Positions 8,662 to 17,670 of a stretch of DNA of 64,000 bases are shown here, one piece after another (positions within the stretch are counted from its first letter, which is position 1; every line of letters starts with the position of its first letter). Position numbers and translations under genes: made by a program. The stretch is from an uncultured Rikenellaceae bacterium (GTDB lineage Bacteria > Bacteroidota > Bacteroidia > Bacteroidales > VadinHA17): assembly GCA_964638545.1 (NCBI GenBank), contig CAZXAM010000012.1, positions 6,911 through 70,910 of the forward strand, read 5' to 3'. The notes beneath the pieces are model-generated. The model did not search any database and was not told the DNA's origin. It saw nothing but the letters and a program-made list of their open reading frames with translations.

Positions 8662-10332
8662 ATGGAGAAAAGGATTATAGAGTGTGTCCCGAATTTCAGC
8701 GAGGGAAGGGAAATGTCGGTAATTAAGCAGATAACCGATGTCGTAGAATCGGTTGAAGGTGTCAAGCTTCTTGATGTTGATCCGGGAAAAGATACGAACA
8801 GGACCGTCGTAACATTTGTTGGCGAACCTGAACCTGTCTGCGAAGCGGCATTCCGTGCTGTTAAAAAAGCTTCTGAAGTAATTGATATGTCGAAACATCA
8901 TGGAGCTCACCCGCGAATGGGAGCAACAGATGTCTGCCCTTTTATCCCGGTCTCCGGAATTACCATGGAGGAAACTGTGATTTATGCCCGCAAAGTTGCA
9001 GAAAGGATCGGCAGGGAGCTGAGTATCCCTGTCTATTGTTATGAGAATGCAGCTTTCGAAGAGAAAAGGAGGAACCTGGCAAACTGCAGGGCTGGAGAAT
9101 ATGAGGGTCTCGAAAAGAAACTTGCCGATAAATCGTGGAAGCCGGATTTCGGTCCCGCAAAAATGAACGTTCGCTCCGGTGCCACGGCAGTGGGAGCAAG
9201 GGATTTCCTGGTTGCCTTCAATATCAACCTGAACACTACATCAACACGAAGGGCAAATGCGGTTGCATTCGATGTAAGGGAAAAGGGAAGAACTGTTACC
9301 AATGAAAAAGGTGAAACTGTAACCATTCCGGGGACACTGAAAAAAATTAAGGCAATCGGCTGGTATATAGAGGAATACGGTGTTGCCCAGATTTCGATGA
9401 ATCTCACTGACATATCTGTGACACCCGTCCATATCGCCTTTGACGAAGTGTGCCGCAAAGCCGATGCCCGGGGTTTAAGGGTGACAGGATCGGAACTTGT
9501 TGGACTGATCCCGCTCAAAGCTATTCTGGATGCCGGAAGATACTTCCTTGAAAAGCAGGAGCGGTCGACAGGCGTCCCAGATAAGGAATTGATAAAAATT
9601 GCCGTCAGATCGATGGGCATGAATGATATTCATCCTTTTATTCCTGAAGAAAAAATAATCGAATTCGTTATGGCAGATAAAGAAAAAAGAAAGCTTGCCG
9701 GTATGGACCTGAGAGCTTTCATGGAAGAGACTGCTTCCGAGTCGCCTGCTCCGGGAGGAGGCTCTGTATCAGCATATATGGGCGCCCTGGGTTCGGCACT
9801 TGGAACAATGGTTGCCAACCTTTCAAGCCACAAGAAGGGATGGGACGAAAGGTGGAGGGAATTTTCCATATGGGCTGAAAAGGGCAAATCAATTCAGAAC
9901 AAACTGCTTGATCTGGTTGATGATGATACTGAGGCTTTCAATAAGATAATGGAAGCTTTCCGTCTTCCAAAAAATAATGATACCGAGAAGAAAGTCAGAA
10001 CAGAAGCTATTCAGAATGCAACACGTCAGGCTATCCTGGTCCCGTATAAAGTGATGGAAACTGCTTCTGCCGCTTTCCCGCTTATAAGGGAAATGGTGGA
10101 AAAGGGAAATCCGAGTTCGGTCAGCGATGCTGCGGTTGGAGCTCTGGCAATTCGGGCATGCATCAGGGGAGCCTTCCTGAATATAAAAATAAATGCTGCC
10201 GGGCTTGACGACAAGGAATTCGCTAAAGACATAATCCGGAAAGGATCTGACCTTGAAACCAGAGCGATAATTGAGGAGGAAGAAATTCTTAAGCTAGTCG
10301 AATCGTTAATTTTCAGACAAACCAAATCTTAA
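8662..10332 (+). CDS. ftcD: Glutamate formimidoyltransferase fused to formimidoyltetrahydrofolate cyclodeaminase
   Basis: 556 aa. N-terminus IIECVPNFSEGR..VKLLDVDPGKDTNRTV is the formiminotransferase signature. The C-terminal ~200 aa is helical and cyclodeaminase-like. Adjacent to hutI. Confidence 0.9.
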   Translation: MEKRIIECVPNFSEGREMSVIKQITDVVESVEGVKLLDVDPGKDTNRTVVTFVGEPEPVCEAAFRAVKKASEVIDMSKHHGAHPRMGATDVCPFIPVSGITMEETVIYARKVAERIGRELSIPVYCYENAAFEEKRRNLANCRAGEYEGLEKKLADKSWKPDFGPAKMNVRSGATAVGARDFLVAFNINLNTTSTRRANAVAFDVREKGRTVTNEKGETVTIPGTLKKIKAIGWYIEEYGVAQISMNLTDISVTPVHIAFDEVCRKADARGLRVTGSELVGLIPLKAILDAGRYFLEKQERSTGVPDKELIKIAVRSMGMNDIHPFIPEEKIIEFVMADKEKRKLAGMDLRAFMEETASESPAPGGGSVSAYMGALGSALGTMVANLSSHKKGWDERWREFSIWAEKGKSIQNKLLDLVDDDTEAFNKIMEAFRLPKNNDTEKKVRTEAIQNATRQAILVPYKVMETASAAFPLIREMVEKGNPSSVSDAAVGALAIRACIRGAFLNIKINAAGLDDKEFAKDIIRKGSDLETRAIIEEEEILKLVESLIFRQTKS

Positions 10333-10345
10333 TAAACGGAATAAT

Positions 10346-10380
10346 CGCCCCCTCGCCTTTTCGCCCCCTCTCCCCCTCAC
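10346..10380 (-). repeat. G5-tract element (G-rich on the minus strand) directly after the NlpC/P60 stop codon
   Basis: The minus strand reads GTGAGGGGGAGAGGGGGCGAAAAGGCGAGGGGGCG. It shares GAGGGGGAGAG and GGGGGCGAAA with 17533-17565. Confidence 0.6.
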
Positions 10381-11189
10381 GGATTTATTCTTCTGATGGT
10401 CCTCAGATGATGTGAATAATCATTTATTTCCGCCTTGAAGATCCCCTGATGATCAATTGAATCGATCCGTACCCGTCCGGAAGCGTGAATTATGAGTCCC
10501 TGGGATAGTATCATGCCGACATGTGATATTTTTCCCTTCTCATCGTCGAAAAAAACCAGGTCTCCCGGCCCTGCTTCATCAATGAAGCTTACCTCAGTGC
10601 CTGTTTCTGCCTGCTGCCAGCTGTCGCGGGGAATTGGCTTTCCATGTATTTTATAGACAAGCTGTGTAAATCCTGAACAATCTATCCCTGAAGGAATTCT
10701 TCCACCCCATATGTAGGGGCTGTTCATGAATTTAAGAGATGAATCGGCTATTGAATCCGCTGTTGCAACATGATTTTCACTGAATTCGTTGCAGGTTGCA
10801 TAAGTATGTTTTCCGGCTTTGAAGACCTTATTCTTAAAATCCGGCTCATAAATTTCACAGCCTGCTTCCAGCACTAGTTTCGTTTTATCTTCCTTGAAGC
10901 ACAGAAGCGACCTGTTAAGAACATGTCCCTGCGATCCTGTGTCTGATGTGTGCTGAAGGTGATTTACATCGATCCAGCCTGAATAGTTGTCGAATACCGT
11001 TAAAATTTTCATCCAGTGGCCGACAGAGTCAATCGCTTCATATTTTTCACCAAACAATACCTGGCTCAGCATTTCCGCCTTATGCGACGGACCTGATCTC
11101 AGAGGTACAAAAACGTTCTCGCAGATTAACCTATCCATTAATTTCAAGTTTATTTCAAAATTACTAATATTTTTGTCATTGAAACTCAT
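10377..11189 (-). CDS. NlpC/P60 (C40) family peptidoglycan peptidase with N-terminal SH3-like domains
   Basis: Catalytic motif DCSGFTQLVY...GDLVFF...ISHVGMIL. The true start is probably M18 (MDRLICENVFVPLRS, coordinate 11138). Confidence 0.85.
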   Translation of the reverse strand: MSFNDKNISNFEINLKLMDRLICENVFVPLRSGPSHKAEMLSQVLFGEKYEAIDSVGHWMKILTVFDNYSGWIDVNHLQHTSDTGSQGHVLNRSLLCFKEDKTKLVLEAGCEIYEPDFKNKVFKAGKHTYATCNEFSENHVATADSIADSSLKFMNSPYIWGGRIPSGIDCSGFTQLVYKIHGKPIPRDSWQQAETGTEVSFIDEAGPGDLVFFDDEKGKISHVGMILSQGLIIHASGRVRIDSIDHQGIFKAEINDYSHHLRTIRRINP

Positions 11190-11197
11190 TCAGGGCA

Positions 11198-12604
11198 ATG
11201 TCACAATTAAATACTGAAACTAAACTGGCTGACATCTTCACCAAGACGATTGTCAATTTTCTGCTATTCGTTGCAGCTATGTGCATTGTTACTGCAATAA
11301 TTACGTGGAATCAGAATCCCTCCCGGCTTGTTTTGACCGGAACAGCTATCGTTGTAGCGCTATGCTTCATGGTGCTTTACGTTTTTCTTTTCCAGTTCCA
11401 CAGGGAGGTTCTTCATGTTACCAGGAAGGTTTTCTTTATGCTTATTACAATCATATTTTTTATAGCTGTAATAAAAGTCATAGCAGGCCTTCCTGAGAAA
11501 AATCTTGTTTTTCTGATTCCGTTCGCTGTCATCCCGATTATCATAAGGACATTCTATGATGCCAGGCTTGCACTGATGATCCTTCTGCTTACTTTATTAT
11601 TGTGCAGTTTCCTGGTTCCGCAGCCGTTGGAATTTGTTTTCATTTCTTTCGTCTCCGGCATTACAGCTATTTTTACCCTTAAAAAGATTTATCGTAAATC
11701 AAGGTTGTTCTTTACATCCTTTATTGTCATAATTACAAATGCTGTCGTCTGGACCGGGATCAATTTAATGGAAAAGGGTATACTCCCTGACGACTTCTTC
11801 AATATCTTTCTTCTTTTTACAGCGAACGGATTGCTGGTTCTTATAAGCTTCCCGCTCGTATTTCTATTTGAACAGGATTTTCTGCTTCTTTCAGATGCTA
11901 CTCTGCTGGAGCTTGCTGATACAAACCAGCCTCTGCTCCGGAAATTGGCTGAAGATGCACCAGGTTCTTTCCAGCACTCACTCCAGGTTTCACATTTGTC
12001 GGAGGAGGCCGCAAGGGTGATCGGTGCAAATTATCTTCTTGTCAGAACTGGCGCACTTTATCATGACATAGGCAAATTAGGCAGTCCAAAATATTTTGTT
12101 GAGAACCAGGAAGAAGAGACAAGTCCTCATGATAAGCTCGATCCCAAAGAAAGCGCAAGAATGATAATCAGCCATGTGCGCAACGGAGTCAATCTGGCCA
12201 GGAACTACAAGCTCCCGATCCAGATTATCGATTTTATCAGGATGCATCACGGAACTTCTGTTGCATACTTTTTTTACAAGAAATATATTGACCAGCATCC
12301 TTCAGAAGAATCCCGGCAGGGAAGTGAAAAGCCCTTTACTTACCCGGGGCCGAAACCATTTTCCAAAGAGACTGCCGTGGTGATGATGGCTGATGCCGTT
12401 GAAGCAGCTTCACGAAGCCTGGTTTCATTCAATGAAGAGAGTATCAGCGAACTGGTGGAAAGGATCATTTATATTCAGGAGCAGGACGGACAGTTTTCAG
12501 AAGTTCCGCTGACGTTCAAGGATATGTCGGATATCAAGATGGTATTGAAAAGAAGGCTTCTGAATATCTATCATGCAAGGGTTGTCTACCCGGACAGGGT
12601 TTAA
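11198..12604 (+). CDS. 7TM-HD (HDIG) membrane phosphohydrolase, PgpH/YqfF-like, short form
   Basis: N-terminal multi-TM region followed by an HD domain (HSLQVSHLSEEAA...LYHDIGK...RMHHG). Confidence 0.75.
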   Translation: MSQLNTETKLADIFTKTIVNFLLFVAAMCIVTAIITWNQNPSRLVLTGTAIVVALCFMVLYVFLFQFHREVLHVTRKVFFMLITIIFFIAVIKVIAGLPEKNLVFLIPFAVIPIIIRTFYDARLALMILLLTLLLCSFLVPQPLEFVFISFVSGITAIFTLKKIYRKSRLFFTSFIVIITNAVVWTGINLMEKGILPDDFFNIFLLFTANGLLVLISFPLVFLFEQDFLLLSDATLLELADTNQPLLRKLAEDAPGSFQHSLQVSHLSEEAARVIGANYLLVRTGALYHDIGKLGSPKYFVENQEEETSPHDKLDPKESARMIISHVRNGVNLARNYKLPIQIIDFIRMHHGTSVAYFFYKKYIDQHPSEESRQGSEKPFTYPGPKPFSKETAVVMMADAVEAASRSLVSFNEESISELVERIIYIQEQDGQFSEVPLTFKDMSDIKMVLKRRLLNIYHARVVYPDRV

Positions 12605-13239
12605 CGCATATCAATTACATCAACTCCCTTGTGTTTTGAGGGATCAAATTCGAAGAATCCGGCAGGAATATTCCTGGATAGAGAATATTCAGTCACTTCA
12701 AGAGAAATCACGGTTCCGTCTCTCATCTTGTATTCAAACCCGTTCAGGTCAAGTGAAGGTTTTGCAACTGAAAGCCTGACCCTTATAATTTCGCTCTTAA
12801 TATCGGTAGGATACAGGTCGATGAGATAAGAATTACTCTTTTCCTCGAGCAGCCTGCATTTATATCCTTCCTTGTACATAGTGAAGATCAGCGAAGGACG
12901 GCTCTCGAAGGATTTATCCTTCCTGTCGGGTTCCGTTATTGTCACCTCTTCCTCTGCCGGAAGAAAACTCCATGATGTTACTCCGTTATACCAGATAATG
13001 TTATCAGGAAGGTCAAGCTTGTACGAATCACCCTTGAGGACAACAGAACCTGCAACAGTATCGATTGATTTCCTGACCTGATCGTTTCTGATGAAAAGAA
13101 ATTTCATTGAAACGGAAGGGGATGAAGTAGCCTTCGATGAGAACTTGTCAAGTATGGTGATTGCCTTCGGATCGTTCTGTCCCGAAATGCTTTCTGCCAG
13201 TAAGAATGAAAGTATAATTATCGAGAATAACTTGTTCAT
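12601..13239 (-). CDS. lolA: LolA-like outer-membrane lipoprotein carrier family protein
   Basis: 212 aa with a signal peptide, lying immediately downstream of ftsK, which is the conserved Bacteroidota arrangement. Confidence 0.6.
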   Translation of the reverse strand: MNKLFSIIILSFLLAESISGQNDPKAITILDKFSSKATSSPSVSMKFLFIRNDQVRKSIDTVAGSVVLKGDSYKLDLPDNIIWYNGVTSWSFLPAEEEVTITEPDRKDKSFESRPSLIFTMYKEGYKCRLLEEKSNSYLIDLYPTDIKSEIIRVRLSVAKPSLDLNGFEYKMRDGTVISLEVTEYSLSRNIPAGFFEFDPSKHKGVDVIDMR

Positions 13240-13248
13240 TGTTCTGTT

Positions 13249-15714
13249 TTATTCAAGACCCTTCAAAATCTGTTCCAAAGCTATCAGGTCAGAGCAGAGA
13301 ACATCCCTTGCCTTGCTTCCTTCAAAAGATCCGACTATGCCTGCAGCTTCCAGCTGGTCAATTATCCTGCCAGCCCTGTTGTAACCTATCGAGAGTTTCC
13401 TCTGGATCAGTGATGTTGAACCCTGCTGATGTTGAACCACAAGCCTTGCAGCGTCATCGAACATGGGATCGCGTTTTTTGAGATCGACTTCGACCGTTGC
13501 GATATCACTGTCGTCAATGTATTCCGGCAGATGCATAGCGTCGGAATAGCCCTGCTGTGATCCTATGAATTCAGTAAGTTCTTCAATTTCAGGGGTGTCG
13601 ATAAATGCGCACTGAACTCTCACCGGCTCATTGCCTGATGAGACAAGCATATCACCGCGGCCCACGAGCCTGTCAGCCCCGGTGGCATCAAGAATAGTGC
13701 GTGAATCAATTGATGAAAAGACACGGAAAGCAATGCGCGTCGGAAAATTTGCCTTGATGAAACCTGTGATAATATTCGTTGAAGGTCTTTGCGTTGAGAT
13801 AATCAGGTGAATGCCTATTGCCCTGGCAAGCTGGGCAAGGCGGCCAATAGGTCCTTCAATTTCCCTGCCTGCAGTCATGATCAGATCGGCAAACTCATCA
13901 ATGATCAGTACAATATACGGAAGGTATTTATGACCTTTTTCCGGGTTCAGCTTTCTTGCAATGAATTTTTCATTGTACTCCTTGATGTTCCTTGACTGTG
14001 CTCCCTTCAGGAGTTCAAGCCTGTTATCCATTTCGATGCACAGCGAATTGAGTGTGTTGATCACTTTCTGGGTATCGGTGATGATAGCATCTTCCTCGCC
14101 AGGCAGTTTTGCAAGAAAATGACGTTCAATTTTTGTATAGAGGGGAAGCTCCACCCTTTTAGGGTCGATGAGAACAAATTTCACCTCTGCAGGATGCTTC
14201 TTGTACAGGATTGACGTGATTATAGCGTTTATTCCTACTGATTTACCCTGGCCGGTAGCGCCGGCCACGAGAAGGTGAGGCATTTTTGTCAGGTCAACAA
14301 TATAAGGATCATTGGTAATTGTCCTTCCGAGAGCAAGTGCAATATCGAATTTCGTCTCGAGGAAAGCTTTTGATGTTATCAGCGATTTCATTGATACGAT
14401 TTCCGGCTTCTTGTTTGGCACCTCAATGCCCACTGTGCCTCTTCCAGGGATAGGTGCGATTATCCTTATCCCCAGGGCAGAAAGGTTGAGGGCTATGTCG
14501 TCTTCCAGCGATTTAATGCGTGCCAGCCTGACACCTCTTTCCGGGACTATTTCGTAAAGTGTAACTGTTGGGCCGACAGTTGCCGAGATCTGTCTGATAT
14601 TTATTTTATGGTCTCCAAGAGTCTTGATGATGTTTTCCTTGTTCTCCAGAACTTCATTATTGTCGAAAGCGCTGTCAATTTTATGTTCCTTAAGGATCGA
14701 GACAGGCGGGAACTTATAGTGTGAGAGGTCGAGCCGGGGATCATAGTTTTCCATTATCTGTTCAACCTCATCATCCGGAAGGATATCAGCTGGTTCAGGT
14801 TTTGTTATGTCCATCCCTGATGTGCCTGACTTTTTCATTGCAGGTTTGTCGCTGTCGAGATCGTGGATGAGAGATCCTCCGGCTGTAAAAACACTTTCTT
14901 TTGCGGTTGGCTCTTCTTCATCTTCAATCTGCTCAGAAGGCATAGTGTGATTTCTGACAATGAATTCAACATTGCTCTCATTCTCTTTCCCTCTGGTTGT
15001 ATCTGATTCACCATGAAGGATTGTTGTGGGAACTTCTTCGCCGACATCAGCCGGTTTAGCTTCTGAATCTCCGGGAGAAGGAATCAGGACCTTTCGGATG
15101 AATTCAGGAGGTTTCACGGCAAACCTGGAGGGATGAACCTTTAATGCGAAAATCAAATAGCCGATCGTAATCACTCCAAGAAGGATACCTGTGCCGATCT
15201 TACCCATAAAGCCGTCAAGCCATTTAATTATAATTGATCCATGTGCTCCTCCGGGGCCTCCTCCCAGATATGTATTGGAGGGACCGAAAATATAGCTTAG
15301 CAACAATGAGATGATTATCGCCGCAAAGGCGAACTTGACAGACAGGATAAAGGGTTTTATTTTAGGAAAGTTCAGCATTCGAAGCCCTATTGCTCCGAAG
15401 ATCATCGGTATGAAGAAGGCTCCGAATCCATAGCCGAATTGTATGATCAGGGAGGCAAGGTAATGACCACTTCTTCCTCCCTTGTTTCTCACTGTTTCTG
15501 AACCAGTAATGATATCAGAATTAGCCAGGCTGAGATCTACTTTCCATGCGAAGAGATACGATATGCAGGAGATCAGAAGATAAACGGCAAAACCAGTGAT
15601 AAGTATCCCGAACAGGAACTTAATTCTTTCATCAGTGATAAATGATTTTGATTTTGCAGAATTCTTTGATGTCTTTCCTGCTTTCTTCGGACTCTCTTCC
15701 TTCTCCTTCGACAT
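13249..15714 (-). CDS. ftsK: DNA translocase FtsK/SpoIIIE
   Basis: 821 aa. N-terminal TM segments, an acidic linker, a Walker A motor (AGATGQGKS), and a C-terminal gamma winged-helix domain (STSLIQRKLSIGYNRAGRIIDQLE). Confidence 0.95.
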   Translation of the reverse strand: MSKEKEESPKKAGKTSKNSAKSKSFITDERIKFLFGILITGFAVYLLISCISYLFAWKVDLSLANSDIITGSETVRNKGGRSGHYLASLIIQFGYGFGAFFIPMIFGAIGLRMLNFPKIKPFILSVKFAFAAIIISLLLSYIFGPSNTYLGGGPGGAHGSIIIKWLDGFMGKIGTGILLGVITIGYLIFALKVHPSRFAVKPPEFIRKVLIPSPGDSEAKPADVGEEVPTTILHGESDTTRGKENESNVEFIVRNHTMPSEQIEDEEEPTAKESVFTAGGSLIHDLDSDKPAMKKSGTSGMDITKPEPADILPDDEVEQIMENYDPRLDLSHYKFPPVSILKEHKIDSAFDNNEVLENKENIIKTLGDHKINIRQISATVGPTVTLYEIVPERGVRLARIKSLEDDIALNLSALGIRIIAPIPGRGTVGIEVPNKKPEIVSMKSLITSKAFLETKFDIALALGRTITNDPYIVDLTKMPHLLVAGATGQGKSVGINAIITSILYKKHPAEVKFVLIDPKRVELPLYTKIERHFLAKLPGEEDAIITDTQKVINTLNSLCIEMDNRLELLKGAQSRNIKEYNEKFIARKLNPEKGHKYLPYIVLIIDEFADLIMTAGREIEGPIGRLAQLARAIGIHLIISTQRPSTNIITGFIKANFPTRIAFRVFSSIDSRTILDATGADRLVGRGDMLVSSGNEPVRVQCAFIDTPEIEELTEFIGSQQGYSDAMHLPEYIDDSDIATVEVDLKKRDPMFDDAARLVVQHQQGSTSLIQRKLSIGYNRAGRIIDQLEAAGIVGSFEGSKARDVLCSDLIALEQILKGLE

Positions 15715-15748
15715 GATAAGCTAAAAAATGCACCCCAAAGGTAATAAA

Positions 15749-16432
15749 TTAAATGCTTATCAGCTTATCAATAAAGTTTGTGATCTCCTCTCTCGATATC
15801 CTCTTGTATTTTTCTTTTCTTTCAAACACTTTATCGGGAATATCCTTTTTATATACAGTTTCTGCGGTGAACCTCATTTCTGCATCGCCCATTAAAAAGA
15901 AGAAAGACATCAGCACTCCATCTATTTCGGAAAAAGGATTTGAGATGTTAGGGTTCTTTAATTTTATTTGTTCGGTGTACCAGATCTGATGAATATTACC
16001 CTTGTCGTTGGGAAAAGTGACTTCAGCATTTTTGCAGTCGAAACCGCACATCTTAGTGGTTTTAGATGTTTTTCTTATGGTAATGCCTTCCATTGCATCG
16101 AAGCCAGGCTGCTTTTCCCCTGGCTTTGCAGGGTAATAATATCTCATGGTGAGAAGGCTGATATATGTGTCGAAGATCCCTTTTTCAGGATTTGACAGGT
16201 TCATGATTCCCGAATTGCCTATGGGAGCTGAAATATCAAAAAGGATTTTGTTTTCCTTGAAAGAAACAATAAGCGTCTTTGGCATGATATCCTTAAATGA
16301 TCCCATACTGCCAAAGTATTCAATCGAATAATGGATCTCGCCCTCGCTTAAATTTTTGACACCCTTCTCGCCGCAGGAGTACCCGGCCAAAGCTACGGTC
16401 ACTGCTACGAACAATCCGGTCTTTAATCTCAC
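15749..16432 (-). CDS. Hypothetical lipoprotein
   Basis: 227-aa ORF with a GTG start and a lipoprotein-type signal (VALAGYSC). No family recognised. Confidence 0.5.
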   Translation of the reverse strand: MRLKTGLFVAVTVALAGYSCGEKGVKNLSEGEIHYSIEYFGSMGSFKDIMPKTLIVSFKENKILFDISAPIGNSGIMNLSNPEKGIFDTYISLLTMRYYYPAKPGEKQPGFDAMEGITIRKTSKTTKMCGFDCKNAEVTFPNDKGNIHQIWYTEQIKLKNPNISNPFSEIDGVLMSFFFLMGDAEMRFTAETVYKKDIPDKVFERKEKYKRISREEITNFIDKLISI

Positions 16433-16524
16433 TTGGATTTTTTTTGAATCCTGTAAAATTAGTTTTTTTTTTTAATTTCAGCTTTCCTGCTTGCTTTTTA
16501 TGTAGTTTAAATCCGTATTTGAGC

Positions 16525-16532
16525 TATTTTTG
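16525..16532 (+). promoter_or_regulatory. Candidate -7 promoter box TATTTTTG (arcC)
   Basis: Exact TAnnTTTG match 23 nt upstream of ATG 16555. Confidence 0.45.
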
Positions 16533-16554
16533 AGTCTGATATTCAGGTAAAAAA

Positions 16555-17523
16555 ATGAAAAATAAATTAGCCGTGGTTGCCCTTGGGGGAAATGCACTGC
16601 TCAGAGGCGATCAGGTGGGAACCATAGATGAGCAGGAGCAAAACACGACTGACACACTTGAGAACCTTATCTTCCTTATTGAAGAGGGTTATGACCTTGT
16701 GATAACACACGGCAACGGTCCTCAGGTTGGCAATATCCTCATGCGAAATGATGCAGGTGAGCAGATATACAACATTGCACAGATGCCTGTGGATATTTGT
16801 GTCGCTGATTCGCAGGGCGGGATAGGCTATATGATCGAAAGAATGTTCCGTAATGTCTTGCATAAACACAACATCGACAAAAACGTTGTCTGCCTGGTAA
16901 CATCTGTAATTGTTGATATCAACGATCCTGCATTCAGCGATCCCCAGAAAAGGATAGGCAAAATTTATTCCAGGGAACAGGCTGATGAACTGGCCCTTAA
17001 AAAGGGATGGATCTTCAGGGAGGAAGTTAAAAATGACGGCGGCTTCAGAAGAGTTGTCCCTTCGCCCCTGCCAAAGGATATCATAAACTGGTCGATCATC
17101 AGTGACCTCTCGCGAAAGGGTAATATCGTAATCGCTGCGGGAGGAGGTGGTATACCGGTGTATTTCGATGAAAAGAAAGATGTGAGACCTGCCGAAGCGG
17201 TCATTGACAAGGATATGGCATCTTCCCTCCTGGCCACGCTTATTGGCGCGGATGAATTCTATATCCTTACCGATGTGCCTTATATATATGTCAACTATAA
17301 GAAACCCAACCAGGAGATCAGGGAATTCCTGAACTATTCAGATGCTCTTAAGCTCCTTAATCAGGGAGAGTTCGCAAAAGGTAGCATGGCTCCCAAAATA
17401 CAGGCATGCCTGAACTTTATCAGGCAGGGAGGCAGTATAAGTGTTATAACTGAAGCTTTTAAGCTGGCTGATAAGAAATATGGGTCCAAGATCACTATGG
17501 AATATGAGGATGACAGACGATAG
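16555..17523 (+). CDS. arcC: Carbamate kinase
   Basis: 322 aa. VVALGGNALL...THGNGPQVGN is the carbamate kinase signature. Confidence 0.9.
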   Translation: MKNKLAVVALGGNALLRGDQVGTIDEQEQNTTDTLENLIFLIEEGYDLVITHGNGPQVGNILMRNDAGEQIYNIAQMPVDICVADSQGGIGYMIERMFRNVLHKHNIDKNVVCLVTSVIVDINDPAFSDPQKRIGKIYSREQADELALKKGWIFREEVKNDGGFRRVVPSPLPKDIINWSIISDLSRKGNIVIAAGGGGIPVYFDEKKDVRPAEAVIDKDMASSLLATLIGADEFYILTDVPYIYVNYKKPNQEIREFLNYSDALKLLNQGEFAKGSMAPKIQACLNFIRQGGSISVITEAFKLADKKYGSKITMEYEDDRR

Positions 17524-17532
17524 GCTGAAGAA

Positions 17533-17565
17533 GGGAGGGGGAGAGAGCGGGAGGGGGCGAAAGGG
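17533..17565 (+). other. Canonical G-quadruplex-forming motif in the arcC-argF intergenic region
   Basis: GGGaGGGGGagagagcGGGaGGGGGcgaaaGGG: five G-tracts of 3 or more with loops of 1, 7, 1 and 5 nt, on the sense strand 10 nt after the arcC stop. Confidence 0.5.
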
Positions 17566-17566
17566 A

Positions 17567-17612
17567 GATGCAACTGTGCAACTCCGCGAGACTCCGTGTC
17601 ATCCGTGGTTAA
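17567..17612. repeat. Degenerate ~10-nt-phased CYGYG array (diverged relative of the CTCTGTG arm)
   Basis: caaCTGTGcaactCCGCGagactCCGTGtcatCCGTGgttaaaaag. Confidence 0.4.
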
Positions 17613-17641
17613 AAAGAATCAAACCAAGCAATTAAATTTAT

Positions 17642-17649
17642 TATTTTTG
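17642..17649 (+). promoter_or_regulatory. Candidate -7 promoter box TATTTTTG (argF)
   Basis: Exact TAnnTTTG match 22 nt upstream of ATG 17671. The extended string TATTTTTGCAC is the same as at nusB. Confidence 0.45.
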
Positions 17650-17670
17650 CACCTGTCTAAATAAATAGAA

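Noticed and set aside
8587-8910. A 107-aa minus-strand ORF spanning the hutI-ftcD junction, and a 71-aa ORF at 53296-53511 (..TERHRGSQRDTEIKNQ..).
   Set aside because: Both run through repeat elements and overlap well-supported genes on the other strand. Their peptide sequences are simply the translated repeats.
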